Assembly: GCA_963724295.1 (NCBI GenBank)
Contig: CAVRUC010000007.1
Location: 96,001 to 160,000, forward strand
Length of the DNA: 64,000 nt
Reading direction: 5' to 3'
DNA from: an uncultured Chloroflexia bacterium
GTDB taxonomy: Bacteria > Chloroflexota > Chloroflexia > Thermomicrobiales > UBA6265
Shown: positions 21,734 through 33,544 of the stretch, one piece after another
Layout: every line of letters begins with the position of its first letter
How positions within the stretch are numbered: position 1 is the stretch's first letter
Notes under the pieces: model-generated
Databases searched by the model: none
The model's input: only the letters and a program-made list of their open reading frames with translations
What the model was told of the DNA's origin: nothing
Made by a program: the position numbers and the translations under genes

Positions 21734-22684
21734 ATGAGCGTGTCGATCCTGTCCGCGGCATATGGCGGCGAGCTGTGGTCACCGCGCGTAGCGGCGATGA
21801 CCGAAGACATGGCGTCGACGTGGGGCGACTGGGGAGTCTCCTCCGAGATCGGCAAGCTGCACGCGGTCCTGTTGCGCCGGCCCGGTTCGGAGCTCGATGC
21901 GGTTGTCGATTTCAATGCGATGCAAATGCGATCGGACCTCTGTCCGGACCGCGTGCGGGAACAACACGACGCGCTCGCCGACGCCTACCGCGCGGCGGGC
22001 GTCGTGGTCCACTACGTGGAGCGAGGACGGATCGACAAACCGAACGCCATGTTCGTGCGCGACCTGATGCTGATGACCCCCGAAGGGGCAATCGTGACCA
22101 GGCCGGCGTCGACCGTCCGTGCCGGTGAGGAACGCCTGGTCGCCGAGGCGCTGGCTCAGCTTGGTGTCCCGATCCTCATGTCGGTGCATGGGTTGGGAAC
22201 CTTCGAGGGCGCCGACGTCATCTGGGTCGACGAGCATCTTTGCTTTCTCGCCGAGGGGCTGCGCACGAACGAGGAGGGGGCTAACCAGGTCGAGCGCATG
22301 CTGCGGGAGATCGGTGTGGCGGAGGTCGTTCGCGTGGGCCTCCCCCACGGCGCGATGCACCTGGATGGGCTGCTGGCCATCATCGATCGCGATCTGGCCG
22401 CCGTCTGGCCGCGGCGGACCCCGTTCAAGGTGGTTAGCACGCTGCGCAAGCGAGGATTCAGATTCATCGAAGTCGACGATGAGCGGGAAGCCCAGGACTG
22501 TCTGCCGATGAACTTCGTGGCGCTCGCGCCCGGAGAGATCCTGATGCCGGCGGGCGGCTCAACCATGCGCGAGAAGTACGAGGCCGCCGGCGTGCGCTGT
22601 CATGTCGTCGACATCAGTGAGTGCATCAAAGCGGGTGGTGGCATCCACTGCATGACCGGATTTCTGAAGCGGGATCGTCTCTAG
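21734..22684 (+). CDS. amidinotransferase/arginine deiminase-DDAH superfamily protein
   Basis: SEIGKL..VLLRRPG, FVRD, FEGAD, MHLD and GGGIHCMT catalytic motifs. Confidence 0.9.
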   Translation: MSVSILSAAYGGELWSPRVAAMTEDMASTWGDWGVSSEIGKLHAVLLRRPGSELDAVVDFNAMQMRSDLCPDRVREQHDALADAYRAAGVVVHYVERGRIDKPNAMFVRDLMLMTPEGAIVTRPASTVRAGEERLVAEALAQLGVPILMSVHGLGTFEGADVIWVDEHLCFLAEGLRTNEEGANQVERMLREIGVAEVVRVGLPHGAMHLDGLLAIIDRDLAAVWPRRTPFKVVSTLRKRGFRFIEVDDEREAQDCLPMNFVALAPGEILMPAGGSTMREKYEAAGVRCHVVDISECIKAGGGIHCMTGFLKRDRL

Positions 22685-22708
22685 CGCGCTCAACATTGAT
22701 TCAAGACC

Positions 22709-24490
22709 ATGCTCGTCGAACTCGCGATTCGTAATTTCGCCATTATCGAGACCGTCCAGATTCCCTTCGGTCCGGGTCTGAATGTGCTGTCTGGAGAAAC
22801 CGGCGCCGGGAAGTCGATCCTGATCGACGCGCTGGGGGCAGTCCTCGGAGATCGGGTCAGTACTGACATGGTGCGGACGGGAGCCACTTCGGCCTCCATC
22901 GACGCGACGTTCGATCTGAACTGCGTGAGGTACCGGGATGGACTGTCCCGGTTGCTCGAGGAGCTCGAGATCGACGAGAGCGATGGCCAGCTCATTCTCA
23001 GTCGAGAGATCCACTCTGGAGGACGCAGCAGCGCCCGATTGAACGGTCGACCGACGACGGTCTCGATCCTCGCCCAGATCGGCTCGTTGCTCGTCGATAT
23101 CCACGGTCAAAGCGAACACCTCTCGTTGCTCAAGCCGGGCGCGCAGCTTCAGATGCTCGACCGCTTCGCCGAGGCCGTCCCGCTGCGCGAGGAATTCGCT
23201 CGCAAGCTCGACGAGCTGCGAGCGACTCAGAACGCCCTGGAGCAGTCACGATCAGGAGCTCGCGAGCGTATGCAGCGGGTCGACCTCTTGCGCTATCAGG
23301 TCGAGGAGATCAACCGCGCGGGGTTGCAACCGGGTGAAGAAGAAGAGCTGACCGCCGAACGCGCTCGTCTGGCGAACGCGGATCGTCTGGCCCATGACGC
23401 GGCGGCGGCGTATATGGCGCTCGCCGGCAGCGATGACCTCGATATCGGGGGCGGCGCGATTCCGGCTCTTCGCCAGGCAACGTCGGAGCTTGCGTCGATC
23501 TCGACGATCGATCCGACGATCAACGGCCTATCCGAACGGGCGACCGAGCTTCTGTACCTTGCCGAGGATCTGGCAACGGAGGCAAGAACATATCGCGATT
23601 CGATCGACGCCGATCCTGGACGGCTGGCGTTGGTCGACGAGCGACTTGCCGAAATCCGGCAGTTGCAGCGCAAATACGGAGCGAGCGTCGCTGACATTCT
23701 CGATCACGCGCGGGCGGCCGAAGAAGAGCTGGAACGGCTGACCGGCTCCGAAGTAGACACCGAGACGCTCGCGGCGCGGGCGGATGCGCTCTCGCGCGAG
23801 GCCGGCGAGCTCGCCGCGCGGTTATCTGAAAAGCGGTCCAGTGTGGCCGAATCTCTTGCGGCCGATGTGGAGCGATCGATCGCGCGCCTCAACATGGGTA
23901 CAGCTGAATTTGCGGTTTCACTCGATCGGGTCGAAGACGACCGTGGCGTTCCCGTTCGCGGCAACGGAGGCGGCGAAACGCGGTTCCTGGTTGATGCGTC
24001 CGGTATGGATCGCGTTTCGTTTCTCATCGCCCCAAACCCCGGCGAAGGACTGAAACCGTTGAGCAGGATCGCCTCCGGAGGTGAGACGGCGAGACTCATG
24101 TTGGCGTTGAAGTCGATCCTCTCGGAGGCTGATCAGACGCCGACGCTGATCTTTGACGAGATTGACGTCGGTGTCGGTGGACGATCAGGTCAGGTCGTGG
24201 GTGAGACGCTCTGGTCCCTGACGAAGAACCACCAGGTCGTTGTCATTACCCATCTGCCGCAGATTGCCGCCTTCGGGGATCTGCATTTTCAGATCGTCAA
24301 GAGCGAGCGGGACGGCCGTGTGGTTTCCACTATTGAGTCCCTCGACGAATCGGCCCGCAAGCAGGAACTGGCCGCGATGCTCGACGGCACGCCTGTGACC
24401 GAGAGCGCGCTGCAAAGCGCCGCCGAGATGCTCGATCGTGCTGTCGCCGCAAAGCGCGGCCGCGATCGATCCCGGCGGCGGAAGAGCTAG
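22709..24490 (+). CDS. recN: DNA repair protein RecN
   Basis: GETGAGKS, DIHGQ, ASGGE, FDEID and THLPQIAA. Confidence 0.96.
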   Translation: MLVELAIRNFAIIETVQIPFGPGLNVLSGETGAGKSILIDALGAVLGDRVSTDMVRTGATSASIDATFDLNCVRYRDGLSRLLEELEIDESDGQLILSREIHSGGRSSARLNGRPTTVSILAQIGSLLVDIHGQSEHLSLLKPGAQLQMLDRFAEAVPLREEFARKLDELRATQNALEQSRSGARERMQRVDLLRYQVEEINRAGLQPGEEEELTAERARLANADRLAHDAAAAYMALAGSDDLDIGGGAIPALRQATSELASISTIDPTINGLSERATELLYLAEDLATEARTYRDSIDADPGRLALVDERLAEIRQLQRKYGASVADILDHARAAEEELERLTGSEVDTETLAARADALSREAGELAARLSEKRSSVAESLAADVERSIARLNMGTAEFAVSLDRVEDDRGVPVRGNGGGETRFLVDASGMDRVSFLIAPNPGEGLKPLSRIASGGETARLMLALKSILSEADQTPTLIFDEIDVGVGGRSGQVVGETLWSLTKNHQVVVITHLPQIAAFGDLHFQIVKSERDGRVVSTIESLDESARKQELAAMLDGTPVTESALQSAAEMLDRAVAAKRGRDRSRRRKS

Positions 24491-24575
24491 GCAATATTCC
24501 GTTGGTATACTCGGCAGTCGACCGCGAGGAGCAATCGGATCCTCGCCGTCAACGTCGACAAGGAGGAGCCGCGCC

Positions 24576-24878
24576 ATGGGCGTAAACATGAAGATGATTC
24601 AGCAGATGCAGACGCGGCTCGAGACGATGCAGCGCGAGCTCGCCGAGACAATCGTGGAGGGAACGGCCGGCGGCGGTGTCGTTACCGCCCAGGTGACCGG
24701 CGCCCGAGAGTTTCGAGGAATCTCGATCGACCCGAGCGTTGTCGACCCGGAGGACGTCGAGGTCCTCGAAGATTTGATCACCGTCGCCATTCAGGACGCG
24801 ATGAATCGTGCCAATTCGGTCGCCGAAGAGAAGATGGGCGCCGTGACCGGTGGCCTTCGTATTCCCGGGCTGATGTAG
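24576..24878 (+). CDS. ybaB: YbaB/EbfC nucleoid-associated protein
   Basis: GTAGGGVV...[18 protein letters not shown]. Confidence 0.92.
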   Translation: MGVNMKMIQQMQTRLETMQRELAETIVEGTAGGGVVTAQVTGAREFRGISIDPSVVDPEDVEVLEDLITVAIQDAMNRANSVAEEKMGAVTGGLRIPGLM

Positions 24879-24927
24879 CCGGCAACATTCGCAACGCGAC
24901 TTTGCGGCGCGCAGCGGGGCGAGCCCG

Positions 24928-25200
24928 ATGGTGAATTCGGAACCCACCCCGTTTGCCGTCGGTGACGTGGTGCGGCTCAAGAAACCGCACCCGTGCGGTG
25001 GCTTCGATTGGATTGTCACGCGGCTCGGGGCAGACATCGGCGTCAAGTGTGTCACCTGCGGCCGGCGAGTCCTCCTGCCACGTCGGGATCTCGAGCGGCG
25101 GATGAGGCTATTCGTCGCCCGAGCGCCGGCGATCGATCAGGACTCGAGCACAATTGATCCGCATGCCAGCGTCGTGGCGGCCGGCGAGGTTGATTCTTGA
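24928..25200 (+). CDS. DUF951 protein
   Basis: [15 protein letters not shown]...[19 protein letters not shown]. Confidence 0.88.
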   Translation: MVNSEPTPFAVGDVVRLKKPHPCGGFDWIVTRLGADIGVKCVTCGRRVLLPRRDLERRMRLFVARAPAIDQDSSTIDPHASVVAAGEVDS

Positions 25201-26663
25201 GCGAGCCCGCGGCCGCCGTGACGAGCGTCGTCGGCGAATACCTCGACACGCCCGGCGACGGCAGCTCGCGCGAGCGGCGCGTTCTTCGTCCCCGGCAGCA
25301 TGGCTCATTCCGGGCGGTGCTCAGGAACTATCCGTTTCTGCGGCTGTGGACGGCGCAGGCCGTCTCACAGACCGCGAACAGCATGGTCGACTTTTCACTT
25401 TTGCTCCTTGTCGGACAAACGGTCGATTTCCACAACGTCGCGCAAGCCAATACAGCGGTCAGTTTTGTAATCCTGGCTTTTTCGCTGCCAGCGGTGATCT
25501 TTGGCCCGATCGCCGGCGCCGTTGCCGACCGAGTGAGCCGCCGCAATGTGATGGTGGCCACCAACGCCGCCCGCGCGGCGCTTGTGGTGCTCTTCCTGCT
25601 CGTGCAGCCCACCTGGCCCGTCCACATAGCACTCGCCTCGTATTACGCCATGGCGTTTCTCTTCGGGGCGGTGGGCCAATTCTTCATGCCGGCCCAGGGC
25701 GCCTCGATTCCCGCTCTCGTGCCGCGGGAGCAGCTAACAGCAGCGAACGCGCTTTTCAATCTCACGTTCACCGCGACGCAATTGCTCGGGTTTGCCATTC
25801 TCGGCCCACTTCTGTCCCAGGCACTGGGCGTCGACATGCTCTTTATCGTGACGATGATCGCGTTCGTGCTCTCGGCGCTCCTCACAGTCTGGCTGCCGGC
25901 AATGCCAATTCCGCATCGGGTCGTCAACGTGGTGGAACGGGTCAGTGCCGCCAGACGCGTCTGGTCCGATATCCACGAAGGGTTGGTCTACATCAAACAG
26001 GATGCCATCCTCACGAAGTCAATCGCCTATCTCACGTTCGCGACGACCATTTTCATGCTCATCGCCGCGCTAGCGCCGAACTTCGTGGCGACCGTCGTGG
26101 GGCTCCCGCCGAGCGATATCGGTTACCTCGTGGCCCCGGCTGGAATCGGCGTCATTGTCGGCGTTGTCATCGTGCCGAAGCTCGTGAGTCGTTTTCGGCG
26201 CGACGCGCTGATCGACTGGGCAGTGGTGGTGGGCGGGCTCTCGCTGCTTCTGTTATCGCTGAGTCGCGCGATTCTCAGTCGCGTGTTGCCTCATGGGGTC
26301 GTGCCCCAGATGCTCGAGGTGGTCGTGGCCGGCGCGCTGGCGGCCATCCTCGGCATTTGCAACGCGCTTGTGCTGGTGCCGTCCCAGACCATCTTGCAGG
26401 AGCGATCCCACGAACATATACGAGCGCGGGTCTATGCGACGTTCTTCACCATCACTAGCGTTGTCTCGTTCATCCCGATCTTCTTTGCGGCGGCCGCGGC
26501 GGACCTGTTCGGCGTGGTGACAGTGCTGGCCTGGGTGGCCATCCTGCTGATTGCTGTCGGAGCGTCCAGCCTGGCCCGATCCTGGAGAGCGCACCAGCAG
26601 CGCTACGAGCGGGTGCGCACCCGTCATCGCCAGGGACCTGAGGCTGTTCCCCCGGTGGGCTGA
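25197..26663 (+). CDS. MFS transporter
   Basis: About 12 hydrophobic segments; [10 protein letters not shown] motif [12 protein letters not shown]. Confidence 0.9.
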   Translation: MSEPAAAVTSVVGEYLDTPGDGSSRERRVLRPRQHGSFRAVLRNYPFLRLWTAQAVSQTANSMVDFSLLLLVGQTVDFHNVAQANTAVSFVILAFSLPAVIFGPIAGAVADRVSRRNVMVATNAARAALVVLFLLVQPTWPVHIALASYYAMAFLFGAVGQFFMPAQGASIPALVPREQLTAANALFNLTFTATQLLGFAILGPLLSQALGVDMLFIVTMIAFVLSALLTVWLPAMPIPHRVVNVVERVSAARRVWSDIHEGLVYIKQDAILTKSIAYLTFATTIFMLIAALAPNFVATVVGLPPSDIGYLVAPAGIGVIVGVVIVPKLVSRFRRDALIDWAVVVGGLSLLLLSLSRAILSRVLPHGVVPQMLEVVVAGALAAILGICNALVLVPSQTILQERSHEHIRARVYATFFTITSVVSFIPIFFAAAAADLFGVVTVLAWVAILLIAVGASSLARSWRAHQQRYERVRTRHRQGPEAVPPVG

Positions 26664-26665
26664 GG

Positions 26666-27064
26666 TCAATCGACCGGGTAGCCGAGTGCTTTGGCGTGTG
26701 CCAGCGCAAGCTGGAGGTACTGGCGGATCATCTGTTCGTCGTCGAGTTCGAGCGCCGGCGCGTGCAGGAGCCGTGCGATCCTGGCTACGTCATCGTCGGC
26801 GAGCACATCGGCGGCGTCCTCATTCAGGAATCCGGCGGCGACCAGAACCTCGAGCTGCTCGTGCCGATCGACCTGCAGGACGCGGCAGATGCGATCCAGG
26901 ACGTCGCGGCTGACGCCCCGCTCGCCCGATTCGAGCCGGCTCAGTGTGCTGCCGTCGATTTCTGCCAGGTGAGCAACCTGCTTTTGCGCTAATCCGCGCT
27001 CGCTTCGCAGGCGTGTCAACACGCGTGCTAACGTCTGTACTCGGTCCCGAGGCCAGGCGACCAT
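26666..27064 (-). CDS. XRE-family HTH transcriptional regulator
   Basis: LTRLRSERGLAQKQVA...STLSRLESGER. Confidence 0.82.
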   Translation of the reverse strand: MVAWPRDRVQTLARVLTRLRSERGLAQKQVAHLAEIDGSTLSRLESGERGVSRDVLDRICRVLQVDRHEQLEVLVAAGFLNEDAADVLADDDVARIARLLHAPALELDDEQMIRQYLQLALAHAKALGYPVD

Positions 27065-27121
27065 CAGCGTTCGACATAGTTCTGCACCGATTCGGTGGCG
27101 GCTATCTCTCCAGGAAACAAG

Positions 27122-27145
27122 GAGCCGCGCCAATTGGCGCGGCTC
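27122..27145. terminator. 24-bp perfect palindrome downstream of tRNA-Lys (probable terminator hairpin)
   Basis: gagccgcgccaa|ttggcgcggctc, followed by ccttgttt on the minus strand. Confidence 0.65.
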
Positions 27146-27173
27146 TCGTTCTTCGTTGCCCTGTCGTTCCCGG

Positions 27174-27246
<73 letters not shown>

Positions 27247-27281
27247 GACCAACAAAGTTTAGCAAGTTGGCAAAATCGGTG

Positions 27282-28776
27282 TCAATCATGGCCAGCGGTT
27301 TGCGCTGGCTCGAGGTTCGGCCGGCGGGTCGCCCAGGTCTCGGAACGCTCATAGGCGTCGGCGATGCGAAGGATGGTTGCCTCAGCAAACGCTGGACCCA
27401 GGATCTGGAGCGAGACCGGGAGGCCGTCACTGAACCCGCACGGGATGGCCACACCCGGAATTCCGGCCATGTTCGCGGGAATCGTGAAGACATCTGCCAG
27501 ATACATCTGATATGGATCGTCCGTGCGCGCTCCAAGCGGAAACGCGACCGTTGGGGACGTCGGTGCGACAATCGCGTCGACCTTGGACCAGGCTTCGTCA
27601 AAATCCCGCTTGATCAACGTGCGGACCTTCTGAGCCTTCACGTAATAGGCATCGTAGTAGCCGGAGCTGAGCGCGTAGGTCCCGAGCATGATCCGCCGCT
27701 TGACCTCGGGTCCGAAGCCTTCACCGCGCGTTCGCTCGTAGGTTTCGCGCAGTGATCGGAGCCTCGATCGCCAGCCCGTATTTCACACCGTCGTACCGGG
27801 CAAGATTGGCGCTCGCCTCAGCCGGGGCGGTGATGTAGTACGTTGGCAGCGCGTATTCGGTGTGGGGCAGATTCACCTTGACGAGCTCGGCGCCTAGCGA
27901 CCGCAGACGCTCGATGGCCCGATCCACCGCGTCCGCGACACCTGGCTCCATCCCCTCGACGGTGTATTCGCCGGCCACGCCAATCTTCATGCCGGAAATA
28001 TCCCCCGACAGAGCCGACCGATAGTCAGGCACTGCCTCACGGGACGAGGTTGAATCCTGGGGGTCATGTCCGGCGATCGCCTGCAGCGTGATAGCGGCGT
28101 CTTCGACCGTGCGCGCGAATGGACCGATTTGATCCAGACTCGAGGCGAAGGCCATCAGCCCGAGGCGAGAGACGCGCCCGTAGGTTGGCTTCAGGCCGAC
28201 GACGCCGCAAAATCCAGCTGGCTGGCGGATGGATCCTCCGGTATCGGAACCCAGGCTGACTGCGGCTAGGCCGGCAGCCACGGCCGCGGCGGGACCGCCG
28301 CTACTCCCTCCGGGAACGCGATCGGTACTCCATGGGTTCTTCACCGGTTTGAATGCGGAGTTTTCGTTCGACGAGCCCATGGCGAACTCATCGGTATTGG
28401 CCTTGCCGAGAAACACCGCGCCCTGTTCGCGAAGTCGCCGCACGACCGTCGCGTCGTACGGTGGGCGAAATCCTTCGAGAATTCGCGATCCGGCGGTGGT
28501 CGGTGCATCGACGGTGCAGAGCACGTCCTTGAGTGCGACGGGAATTCCCGTCAACGGCAACGCATCGCCGGCAGCCAGTCGCCGATCAGCTGCAGTGGCC
28601 TGAGCGAGGGCCACATCGCGCATGACATGCAGGTAGACGCCCAGCTCAGCGTCAAATTGGTCGATCCGCTCGAGGTGGGCCTCGGCCAATTCGATGGCCG
28701 AGATTTCACGTGAATCGAGCGCTCGCCTTGCTTCGGCGGCGGTGAGATCCGTGGCACGGCGGAGTGGATCAGGCAC
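27282..28776 (-). CDS. gatA: Glu/Asp-tRNA amidotransferase subunit A (frameshift near 27760)
   Basis: [30 protein letters not shown] and [25 protein letters not shown] in the second frame. Confidence 0.95.
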
Positions 28777-28778
28777 CG

Positions 28779-29084
28779 CTAGGCGTCCTCCACAGAAGCA
28801 CCGAGGATGGCATGGACCTCGAAGAAGCCATCGGCTTGCCGCGGCGCATTTTCGAGCACTGCCTCGCGAGGAAGTGAATTTGTGACCACATCGGGCCGCA
28901 TCACGTTTGTCATGGCGATGACTTGCGCCGTCGGCGGGATGGCATTCGTATCGAGTCTGTCGATCGCTTCTATGTGCTCGAGAATCGAGGAGAGTTGACC
29001 TTGCAGCCGGGTTATCTCGGCGTCACTCAGACCTAGCCGTGCCAGCGCGGCCACATATTCAACTTCTTCTCGGCTTAGGGGCAT
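28779..29084 (-). CDS. gatC: Glu/Asp-tRNA amidotransferase subunit C
   Basis: [15 protein letters not shown]...NVMRPD...NAP...GFFEV. Confidence 0.93.
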   Translation of the reverse strand: MPLSREEVEYVAALARLGLSDAEITRLQGQLSSILEHIEAIDRLDTNAIPPTAQVIAMTNVMRPDVVTNSLPREAVLENAPRQADGFFEVHAILGASVEDA

Positions 29085-29345
29085 GATCTCGAATCCAATT
29101 CAAGTGTCTATTGCACGTTGGCAGTCGTGCCCGTCGCGACAACCGGTGGAGTCTATCATGGCCACTTTCTGTTGTAGACTGGCCGGGTCACTAGCCCGCT
29201 GCAATGCCCCTCAGGCTACTTTTCTTTGCTGGGAACCATTGGTGAGTCGCGCTGGCATCCGCAGCCAGGACGCCGTTGGTGGCCCAGTCAACGATCGCGC
29301 GGTATTGGAAGTTGACGCACCTGCACGTTTTCTTGACTGGGGCCC

Positions 29346-30629
29346 ATGAGTCGTTCTCGCGCTAACCGATCCTTGTGCCTTGCCGCGCTTGTTGCTGGCT
29401 TCTTGCTGGTGGCGTGCGCCGAAGAGGATAGCGGTCCCCAATTTGCAACCGACCCCAGGCCGACGCGCGCTCCCACGGAGGCGGTGGCCGCCGCATCTCC
29501 GGCATTCCTGCCAACCGCGGCGGCGATCGCAACTCCGGCCTCATTCACCGATCTTCTTGCGGTTCGTGGTGCTGCAACAGTCGTCCACGTAGTTTCAGGC
29601 AACGATGTCTGGTCCGTTTCGAGTGACGGAGAGGCGAGCCGACTCTTCGAGGCGCCGGGTGGTTCCGCGATCCTCGCCATCGATCCGTCCCCTGATGGGC
29701 AAGCGGTTGCCGTCTTGCTGGAGGCAGGGTCAAGCGGGCCACGAACGTCACAAGTGGTCATCGTCGATGCGACCGGGTCGGTTGTGGACAGCGTCGAGGC
29801 GCCGGTCGGAGCCGCGGCAACTCCTGTCGCCAGGCCTCCCGGCAGCGAGCCAACCATTGACTGGTCTCCTCAAGGAGACCGGGTTCTCGCGCAGTTCGAA
29901 ACCGGGGAAGTCATCGAGATTCTGATTGATGAAAGCGACGAGCCAGTCTCGCTCGACTTTGACGGCGCTGCTGGATCCGTGATTGAGCCGGAATGGTCCC
30001 CAACCGGGCAAAGTGTCGCGTTCGTCTCCGAAAGCGAAGACGGTGAGACGCGCTCCTTGCAATTGCTCGATGTCACAAATGGAGAAATCACGACCGTGGT
30101 CACGCCGTTGCGGGGGCGCCTGGTCGTCGATTTCGCCTGGTTACCCGACGGTGTGTCGCTGCTATTCACCGAAGGGGGTGCGCCGGGCAGCGCAATCACC
30201 GGTATCGACCTGTGGCAGGTCGACGCCAGCGGGGAGAATCGCGCGCTGGTTGCCAGTGCGGGAACGGTCGCTCCCGTGGCCAGGATTACCAACCTCAGCC
30301 CGTCGCCAGATGGGCGAAGTGTGGCGTACGCGGTGCTTGTTCCGGGACCCCGAGGTCCCGCCGTCGACAGCGTGTGGGTACGCAGTCTGGCCTCCGGCAT
30401 CGGCTTCCGCATTGCGATGCCTTCGGTCGCGTCAATTGACGATATCTGGTGGACCGAGGAAGGGCTCGTGATTTCGGTCCTGACCGGGCCGACGGCGCAG
30501 GGGCGGCCGCCGACTCAAGCGCTGCTCCAGGCCAAACGGGATGGATCGATAAGCGCCCTCTGGGCTGCGCCGCCTGTGGCTACGCCGCCCGCGGCTGCGA
30601 CCCCGACCGCGCGAGCAGCCTCGAGCTAA
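29346..30629 (+). CDS. lipoprotein with TolB/PD40-like beta-propeller repeats
   Basis: Lipobox LLVAC; repeated SPDG/WSPQG/WSPTG/WLPDG blades. Confidence 0.75.
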   Translation: MSRSRANRSLCLAALVAGFLLVACAEEDSGPQFATDPRPTRAPTEAVAAASPAFLPTAAAIATPASFTDLLAVRGAATVVHVVSGNDVWSVSSDGEASRLFEAPGGSAILAIDPSPDGQAVAVLLEAGSSGPRTSQVVIVDATGSVVDSVEAPVGAAATPVARPPGSEPTIDWSPQGDRVLAQFETGEVIEILIDESDEPVSLDFDGAAGSVIEPEWSPTGQSVAFVSESEDGETRSLQLLDVTNGEITTVVTPLRGRLVVDFAWLPDGVSLLFTEGGAPGSAITGIDLWQVDASGENRALVASAGTVAPVARITNLSPSPDGRSVAYAVLVPGPRGPAVDSVWVRSLASGIGFRIAMPSVASIDDIWWTEEGLVISVLTGPTAQGRPPTQALLQAKRDGSISALWAAPPVATPPAAATPTARAASS

Positions 30630-32510
30630 CTGTCGCTCGATGTGAGCGATCGATCCCCGGCTTCCGGCTCGCGTATCTCTTCCGCGTCGAAAATGTTCAT
30701 CGCGGCGCGGATGCGGACCCGAGCGCGTTCTTCCTCGTCGGCGGTTGCTCCGTCGTCTTGCTGGGCCGGGGGCGGCTCCGTACGCTCGATCGACGGCACT
30801 TTGGATGGGAGCCGCGACCATCTCGCTCCGCAGAATGCATTGCAGCGAAATGTTCCTGCCAAGAAGCCGAGACAGTACGCCCCCCACTGTTTCGCGCACG
30901 TCGTCGCTGTTGAGCTTGTCGCGGTGAAAGGGGTAGGGCACGGCAAGTGTTATCTGGTTGCCTGAAATCGCAACGGGATCGACTTCGCTCAACAACGCCT
31001 CGATTCTCCGGTTGAGCGCCTTGACATCCGCCCGCACATTCGGCCAGAGCTCGGCGATGTGTTCGATCTCGAATGCGCGATTGCCGGCCGGCGCGCCATT
31101 GGCAGGAGCCTCCGGGACCGGTATTGACCGAAGAGGGGTAATCGCCGCGGGTTCGGGGTGCTCGGATCGTGCGGGTTCTTGCGCCGGGATCTCCCTGATG
31201 GACGTCGGAGCGCGCACTCGGTCTCGCAACGAGGTTGGGGGCGCCGGAGCCGCGGCCGTCGGGTCGACACGGGCTTGCTCAACCGACCGTTCGCCGCCAA
31301 GCGACCTGTTGGGATCTGGTGCGGCAAGCGCCGCCGCCTCGACGAGCGCGACTTCCAGCGGGAGTTGCGGGTACGGCGCGTGTTTGATGCTGAAGTCGAT
31401 CTCACCAAACCGCCGCGCCATTGCGGCCAACTCGGACAGAGAAAACATGGCGGCCAGTTCGCGAGCGCGGCCGTCAGCGTCGCTCGTGCCGCCGGACCGT
31501 TCCAGCAGGAGCAGCCGAAGATAGGCAAGAAGCTGCCGATTGAGCTGGCGCGGGTCTTCTCCCTCGTCGACAGCATCCTGCACCACGCGCAGAGCCTGGC
31601 CGGCGTCATGGTGTCCAAGCGCTTCGACGAGTCCCTCGACACGTTCATTCCTGCTCAAACCGAGCGCGGCGGTGACATCCTCAACGGTGATCGCGGCGGA
31701 ATCTGATTCCTTACGCGACGTCGCCGAACCCAATGCCAGGCGCTCGAACAAACCAAGCGCGTCGCGCAGACTCCCTGTGGCATGACGGGCGATCAGGCGA
31801 AGCGCATCGGCGTCAGCTGAAATGCCCTCTAACGACGCGACAGTCTGCAACCGGCGAACCATGTCGTCGAGGCCGACGCGCCGGAAGTCGAACCGCTGGC
31901 AGCGGGAGACGATTGTCGGAAGGAGCTCCTCGGGGTCTGTGGTGGCAAGGATGAAACGGGTATGGGCGGGCGGTTCTTCCAGCGTCTTGAGGAAGGCATT
32001 TGCCGCGGCGCCGGTGATTTGATGCGATTCGTCGATGATGTAGACCTTGGACCGAAGCTGCGCGGGTGCGTAGCGGACGCGCTCGCGCAGATCGCGGATG
32101 TCGTCGATGCCGCGATTGCTCGCGGCGTCGATCTCGACGATGTCGGGCGACGCGCCGGCATTGATGGCCAGGCAGTTCGCGCACGCGTTGCAGGGACGCA
32201 GGCTGGGGTCGTCCTGGAGACAATTGATCGCTTTGGCGAGCACTCGGGCCGTGGTTGTCTTGCCAGTGCCGCGAGGACCACTGAACAGATAGGCGTGAGC
32301 GACCTTGTTGAGCCGAACGGCGTTTTGCAGGGTGCGGACGATGTGCTCTTGGCCGACCAACTCCTCGCTGTCAAACGACTGGGGGCGGTACTTTCGATAC
32401 AACGAGGACGTGGAGGAGGCAACCGACCTTCGCGGGTCGCTCGCCTCGGGGCTTTTCGCTGGCGGGCCCTCGTGGCTGTCACTCTCGCCGAAGAGCGACG
32501 GTGCCGTCAT
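30626..32510 (-). CDS. dnaX: DNA polymerase III gamma/tau (frameshift near 30810)
   Basis: LYRKYRPQ, GPRGTGKTT, EIDAASNRG, NAFLKTLEEPP and SRCQRF; C-terminal AAMNIFDAEEI in 30626..30946. Confidence 0.95.
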
Positions 32511-32635
32511 GCGGAATCTCCTCTAGAGCATTGCCAAATCAGGGAAATCGATCCATTCACCGGTGTCCGTACAGGAGTATAGTCGACGCGGTCTGCGGTT
32601 TTGCTCCGAGCGGCGGTCGGTGAAGGAACTCGCTT

Positions 32636-33544
32636 TTGGGCACGCTCTTTATCGTGGCGACGCCGATCGGTAATTTGGAGGACCTTTCGCCGAGGGCCGT
32701 TCGTGTCTTGCGAGAAGTTGCCCTGATTGCGGCCGAAGATACACGCCATAGCCGCCGTTTGCTGAGACATTTCGAGATCAACACGCCAACTGTCAGCTAC
32801 CACGAGCACAACCAGCGCAGCCGGCGCGAGCACCTGCTGGAGGCCCTGGCATCCGGCGACGTCGCGTTGATCACGGACGCTGGAACTCCTGGAGTTTCCG
32901 ACCCCGGCGCGGACCTGGTCGCTGCCGCACTCGCTACCGGGTACCGCGTGTCACCCATACCGGGTGCCTCGGCTCTGGCCGCTGCCGTGAGCGCCTCAGG
33001 ACTGATCGATGGTCCATTCCTGACACTTGGGTTCCTGCCCAGAGAGCGAGGGGAGCGCCTGCGATTGGTTGCTCGCGCCGCGACGGCTGGCTTCCCGCTC
33101 GTCATATTCGAATCCGCGCGGCGTCTTGGATCGACATTGCAGGACCTGGTGGAAATTCTTGGCGATAGGAGAGCCGTGATCTTGCGCGAGCTGACAAAGA
33201 TCCACGAGGAAGTGCGTGCCGGCTCGTTGAGCGAGCTTCGGGATTGGACCAAGGATGCCGACCCGCGGGGCGAGATTGCGCTGGTCATCGCGGCCTCTCC
33301 GCAGATCGCCGCGGCCAATGATGACGCCGAAGCAGTAGTTCGCAGCCTTCGCCAATCCGGGCTCAGCGCCAGTCAGACTGCCCGCGAGGCGGCATCGATT
33401 ACCGGTCTGCCTCGCTCCGAGCTCTACAAGCTTGCCATGGCCGTGGAAGCGCCCGGGTCAGTCGGGTTGAAAGGCCAGCTTGCGTTGCCGGATCAGGATG
33501 CTTTGCAAGATTCCCTCGGCGATCAAGAAGGTCCAGAGCGATGA
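32636..33544 (+). CDS. rsmI: 16S rRNA C1402 2'-O-methyltransferase
   Basis: LFIVATPIGNLED, AAEDTR, DAGTPGVSDPG and RELTKIHEE. Confidence 0.95.
   Translation: MGTLFIVATPIGNLEDLSPRAVRVLREVALIAAEDTRHSRRLLRHFEINTPTVSYHEHNQRSRREHLLEALASGDVALITDAGTPGVSDPGADLVAAALATGYRVSPIPGASALAAAVSASGLIDGPFLTLGFLPRERGERLRLVARAATAGFPLVIFESARRLGSTLQDLVEILGDRRAVILRELTKIHEEVRAGSLSELRDWTKDADPRGEIALVIAASPQIAAANDDAEAVVRSLRQSGLSASQTAREAASITGLPRSELYKLAMAVEAPGSVGLKGQLALPDQDALQDSLGDQEGPER

Noticed and set aside
30740..30850. dnaX frameshift as programmed gamma/tau recoding
   Set aside because: It lies near the extreme C-terminus, I see no A-rich slippery heptamer or poly-A run, and many other genes here carry similar indels.
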